Shown: one piece after another, positions 61,682 to 64,000 of the stretch | Layout of the letters: every line of letters begins with the position of its first letter | Numbering within the stretch: position 1 is the stretch's first letter | Assembly (NCBI GenBank): GCA_963764975.1 | Contig: CAVXUF010000002.1 | Location: 7,778 to 71,777 of the forward strand | Reading direction: 5' to 3' | DNA from: an uncultured Chloroflexia bacterium | GTDB lineage: Bacteria; Chloroflexota; Limnocylindria; Limnocylindrales; CSP1-4 | DNA: 64,000 bases | The notes under the pieces: model-generated | What the model was told of the DNA's origin: nothing | Database searches by the model: none | The model's input: only the letters and a program-made list of their open reading frames with translations | Position numbers and translations under genes: made by a program

Positions 61682-62217
61682 CCGATACGCTGTTCCCCGA
61701 ACTGGCGGGTTCGCCCGTCGACGAGGGGGGCCGCGACGCGTCGCCCGGACCGACGGGGTTCGTCATCCGGACCGACGGCGCGGCGCGCGGGAACCCGGGC
61801 CCGGCATCGCTCGGTGCCGCCCTGTACGACCTTCGTCGACCGGACGCGCGCGACGACCGCGCAGAGCCGGACGCGTCGATCTCCGACTACCTTGGCGTGC
61901 AGACCAACAACGTCGCCGAGTACACCGGCGTCGTGCGGGCCCTCGATCTCGCCCGCGAACTCGGTGCCCGCGAGGTCGCGCTCCTGCTCGATTCGAAGCT
62001 GATCGTCGAACAGCTCGCCGGCCGCTGGCGCGTCAAGGACGCGAAGCTCATCCCGCTCTGGTCGGCCGCCCGCCACGTCCTCGCCGGGTTCGACCGATGG
62101 TCTGCCGCGCACGTGCCACGGGCGAGGAACACGGTCGCCGATCGCCTGGCCAATGAGGCCATCGATCGAGCGCAGGCGGGTGGCCCGGCGTCGGTCGTGC
62201 GTCGGCCACGCGGCTGA
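61678..62217 (+). CDS. Ribonuclease HI family protein
   Basis: DGAARGNPGPA, TNNVAEY, DSKLIVEQL, HVPRARN..ADRLAN. Confidence 0.92.
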   Translation: MTDTLFPELAGSPVDEGGRDASPGPTGFVIRTDGAARGNPGPASLGAALYDLRRPDARDDRAEPDASISDYLGVQTNNVAEYTGVVRALDLARELGAREVALLLDSKLIVEQLAGRWRVKDAKLIPLWSAARHVLAGFDRWSAAHVPRARNTVADRLANEAIDRAQAGGPASVVRRPRG

Positions 62218-62300
62218 GGCCGGCGGCTGAGGCCGACGGCTGAGGCCGGCGGAGCCGCGTCTGAGGCCGGCGGCTGAGTCCGGGTCCCGTCGGAGCCGCG
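62211..62300. repeat. Short degenerate 13-bp repeats
   Basis: CGGCTGAGGCCGG-like units, about 5 copies. Confidence 0.6.
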
Positions 62301-62346
62301 TCCTGTGCCCACGGAACCCGATCAGCCACTCCGACGTTCGGGCGGC

Positions 62347-62805
62347 ATGAAGACTCCGCCGGCCACCAGCGCCTTCCACATCGTCGCGGTCGTCGCGCTC
62401 CTGGTGGCCGTCATCGGTTGTGCGCCTGCCGAGGGATCGCCGGATGCGGTCACGCCTGGGTCACTTGCCGGCGGGTCATGGGCGGTCGTCTCGGTGGATG
62501 GTCGATCAGCCGTCCCCGGTCGCGAGCCGACCGTCGCGTTCACGGCGTCGAGGGTCGAGGGGTCGACCGGCTGCAACAGCTACGGCGGCGACTACACCTA
62601 CGACGTCGACACGGGCACGCTCACGTTCGGCCCTGTCGCCTCGACCCTGATCCTCTGCGAGGGTCCGGTCGGGGCGTTCGAGGGCGCCTTCGGCCAGGCG
62701 CTCCAGGCACCACTCCGGGTCTCGGTCGAGGGCGCCCGGATGACGCTCCAGGGCGTGGCACACGTGATCGTGTTGTTCGACATCGGCGACAACACCGGCG
62801 GCTGA
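62347..62805 (+). CDS. META-domain lipoprotein
   Basis: Lipobox VIG-C; LAGGSWAVVSVDG, GSTGCNSYGG, STLILC. Confidence 0.85.
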   Translation: MKTPPATSAFHIVAVVALLVAVIGCAPAEGSPDAVTPGSLAGGSWAVVSVDGRSAVPGREPTVAFTASRVEGSTGCNSYGGDYTYDVDTGTLTFGPVASTLILCEGPVGAFEGAFGQALQAPLRVSVEGARMTLQGVAHVIVLFDIGDNTGG

Positions 62806-62862
62806 CGGTCCCCGTCCCGAAGCGCGACGATGGCCGGTCGCGGGCAGGGCGTAGAATCGCCA

Positions 62863-63240
62863 CGTCAGCGAGGCGGTCGGATGGTCGCGCGTCGGCGGGG
62901 CGACCCGTTCGACGTGAGGAAAGTCCGAGCTCCGCAGCGCAGGGTGGCGGGTAACGCCCGTCCGCCGCAAGGCGAGGACCAGTGCCACAGTGACGATGCC
63001 CGCGCCGACCCTCGGGCCGGAGGCGGGAGTGAAACGCGGCAAACTCCACCCGGAGCAAGGCCAAATAGGAGGGCGCAACCCGTCGGTGGGTGACCATCGG
63101 CGGGGGAGAGGCGCGTTGCCCAGCCCTCGGGTCGGCCGCATGAGCCGTCGGGTGACCGGCGGCCACAGATGGATGACCATCCCCGCTTCGCCGAAAGGCG
63201 TGACGGGACAGAACTCGGCTTACAGACCGCCTCGCTGACG
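62863..63240 (+). ncRNA. rnpB: RNase P RNA (bacterial)
   Basis: GAGGAAAGTCCGAGCTCC, AGTGCCACAG, GGCAAACTCC..CGGAGCAAGGCCAAATAG, ACAGAACTCGGCTTA; terminal stem CGTCAGCGAGGCGGTC/GACCGCCTCGCTGACG; TAGAAT -10 at 62852. Confidence 0.97.
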
Positions 63241-63305
63241 CTCGAACGCCCGCCGAACCCCGCGGGCTGAGCCCCGCGCTGAGCTCTCTTGTGCGGGCAG
63301 GCAAC

Positions 63306-63415
63306 CTCGTGCTGAGCTCCCTCGTGCTGAGCTCCCTTGTGCTGAGCTCCCTCGTGCTGAGCTCCCTCGTGCTGAGCTCCCTCGTGCTGAGCTCCCTCGT
63401 GCTGAGCTCCCTCGT
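63306..63415. repeat. 15-bp tandem repeat, 7 copies
   Basis: GCTGAGCTCCCTCGT x7 (one variant) downstream of rnpB. Confidence 0.95.
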
Positions 63416-63440
63416 GACTCCAGGCCGGTGGCGGGCGCTC

Positions 63441-63615
63441 TAAGCCTCAGCGGCTTACGTTCGGACCAACGCGCGCCTATGGCCACCGGATCCGGGATGG
63501 ATCGAGCCGCAACAGGGCCTCCCGAGCACGAGATCGAGCGGAGCAACGTCGCTCAGACCGTCCGGAGGCTGGCGTTCTGGCATCCAAGCCCCGGGTGTAA
63601 GGCTCTGAGACTTAC
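63441..63615. repeat. Pair of imperfect inverted palindromes flanking about 140 bp
   Basis: TAAGCCTCAGCGGCTTAC (63441) versus reverse complement of GTAAGGCTCTGAGACTTA (63597), 15/18 identical. Confidence 0.55.
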
Positions 63616-63773
63616 GAAGCCTCGCATCGATCGTCAAGCGGCCGCAGCCAAGCGGCCGTGGCCAAGCGCCCGCAGCCAAGCGGCCATGGCCAAGCGCCCG
63701 CAGGCCGCCGCCAGCCGCTCCCCAGCCGCTCCCCAGCCGCCTCCCCAGACCGACCACGCGACGACCCGCCCGA

Positions 63774-64000
63774 TCAATCCTCGTCGGGTCGGAAGATGTG
63801 CGGCGCCGTACAGGTGTTGCAGATCGGCGTGGCCGCCTCGAGGTCGCCCAGGGGGATCGGGACCTTGCGGTCCGGGAACAGGCACTCCACGTCGTAGACG
63901 CGCTCACCGCCCGCTTCCACCTGGATCAGGCGGCGGAACGTGCAGCGCTTGATGCGGTGCGGCGCGAGGTGGAATGCCTCGGGCGTGGACGGGACGACGG
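63774..64000 (-). CDS. Cys-containing hypothetical protein (3' part; runs off the right edge)
   Basis: Read by hand: ...FHLAPHRIKRCTFRRLIQVE...YDVECLFPDRKVPIPLGDLEAATPICNTCTAPHIFRPDED*. Confidence 0.65.
   Translation of the reverse strand, partial: VVPSTPEAFHLAPHRIKRCTFRRLIQVEAGGERVYDVECLFPDRKVPIPLGDLEAATPICNTCTAPHIFRPDED

Noticed and set aside
63306-63415. Possible CRISPR array or coding repeat (GSSAR ORF 63220..63546)
   Set aside because: 15-bp contiguous units without spacers; the ORF is a by-product of the repeat and overlaps the rnpB end.

Overview
A very GC-rich bacterial chromosomal segment. Gene content (RpoD with an acidic N-terminus and a large insertion, F420-dependent reductase, split methylmalonyl-CoA mutase, many apparently leaderless genes) suggests a Chloroflexota/Actinomycetota-like soil or freshwater organism; this is inference. 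The left ~26 kb is accessory-like: ECF sigma with a membrane-anchored BTAD regulator, two vapBC modules, truncated genes, secreted proteins, ettA, and a lipoprotein-YbjN-ClpN/AAA operon. The middle holds dnaG-rpoD, tRNA-Asn, an MprAB-like two-component system with visible binding boxes, a LemA/GIDE/PspC envelope-stress operon and a HAD/acyltransferase/UbiA operon. The right part holds parAB, a propionyl-CoA carboxylase/methylmalonyl-CoA/sucCD/icd/sdh supercluster, RNase HI and RNase P RNA. The most striking signal is a 16-bp palindrome, GTCYTTGCGCAARGAC, which I found only three times, all within ~3.1 kb at the parAB locus. One copy lies inside parB, whose recognition helix differs from canonical ParB and Noc. 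This suggests a ParABS system with a non-canonical parS, with DnaA boxes upstream of parA. Other signals: a fixed-spacing intergenic palindromic repeat family bracketing a gene cassette, probable CTG and ACG start codons in one operon, a CsoR/RicR-type operator at the dnaG-rpoD promoter, and several single-base frameshifts that are probably sequencing errors.
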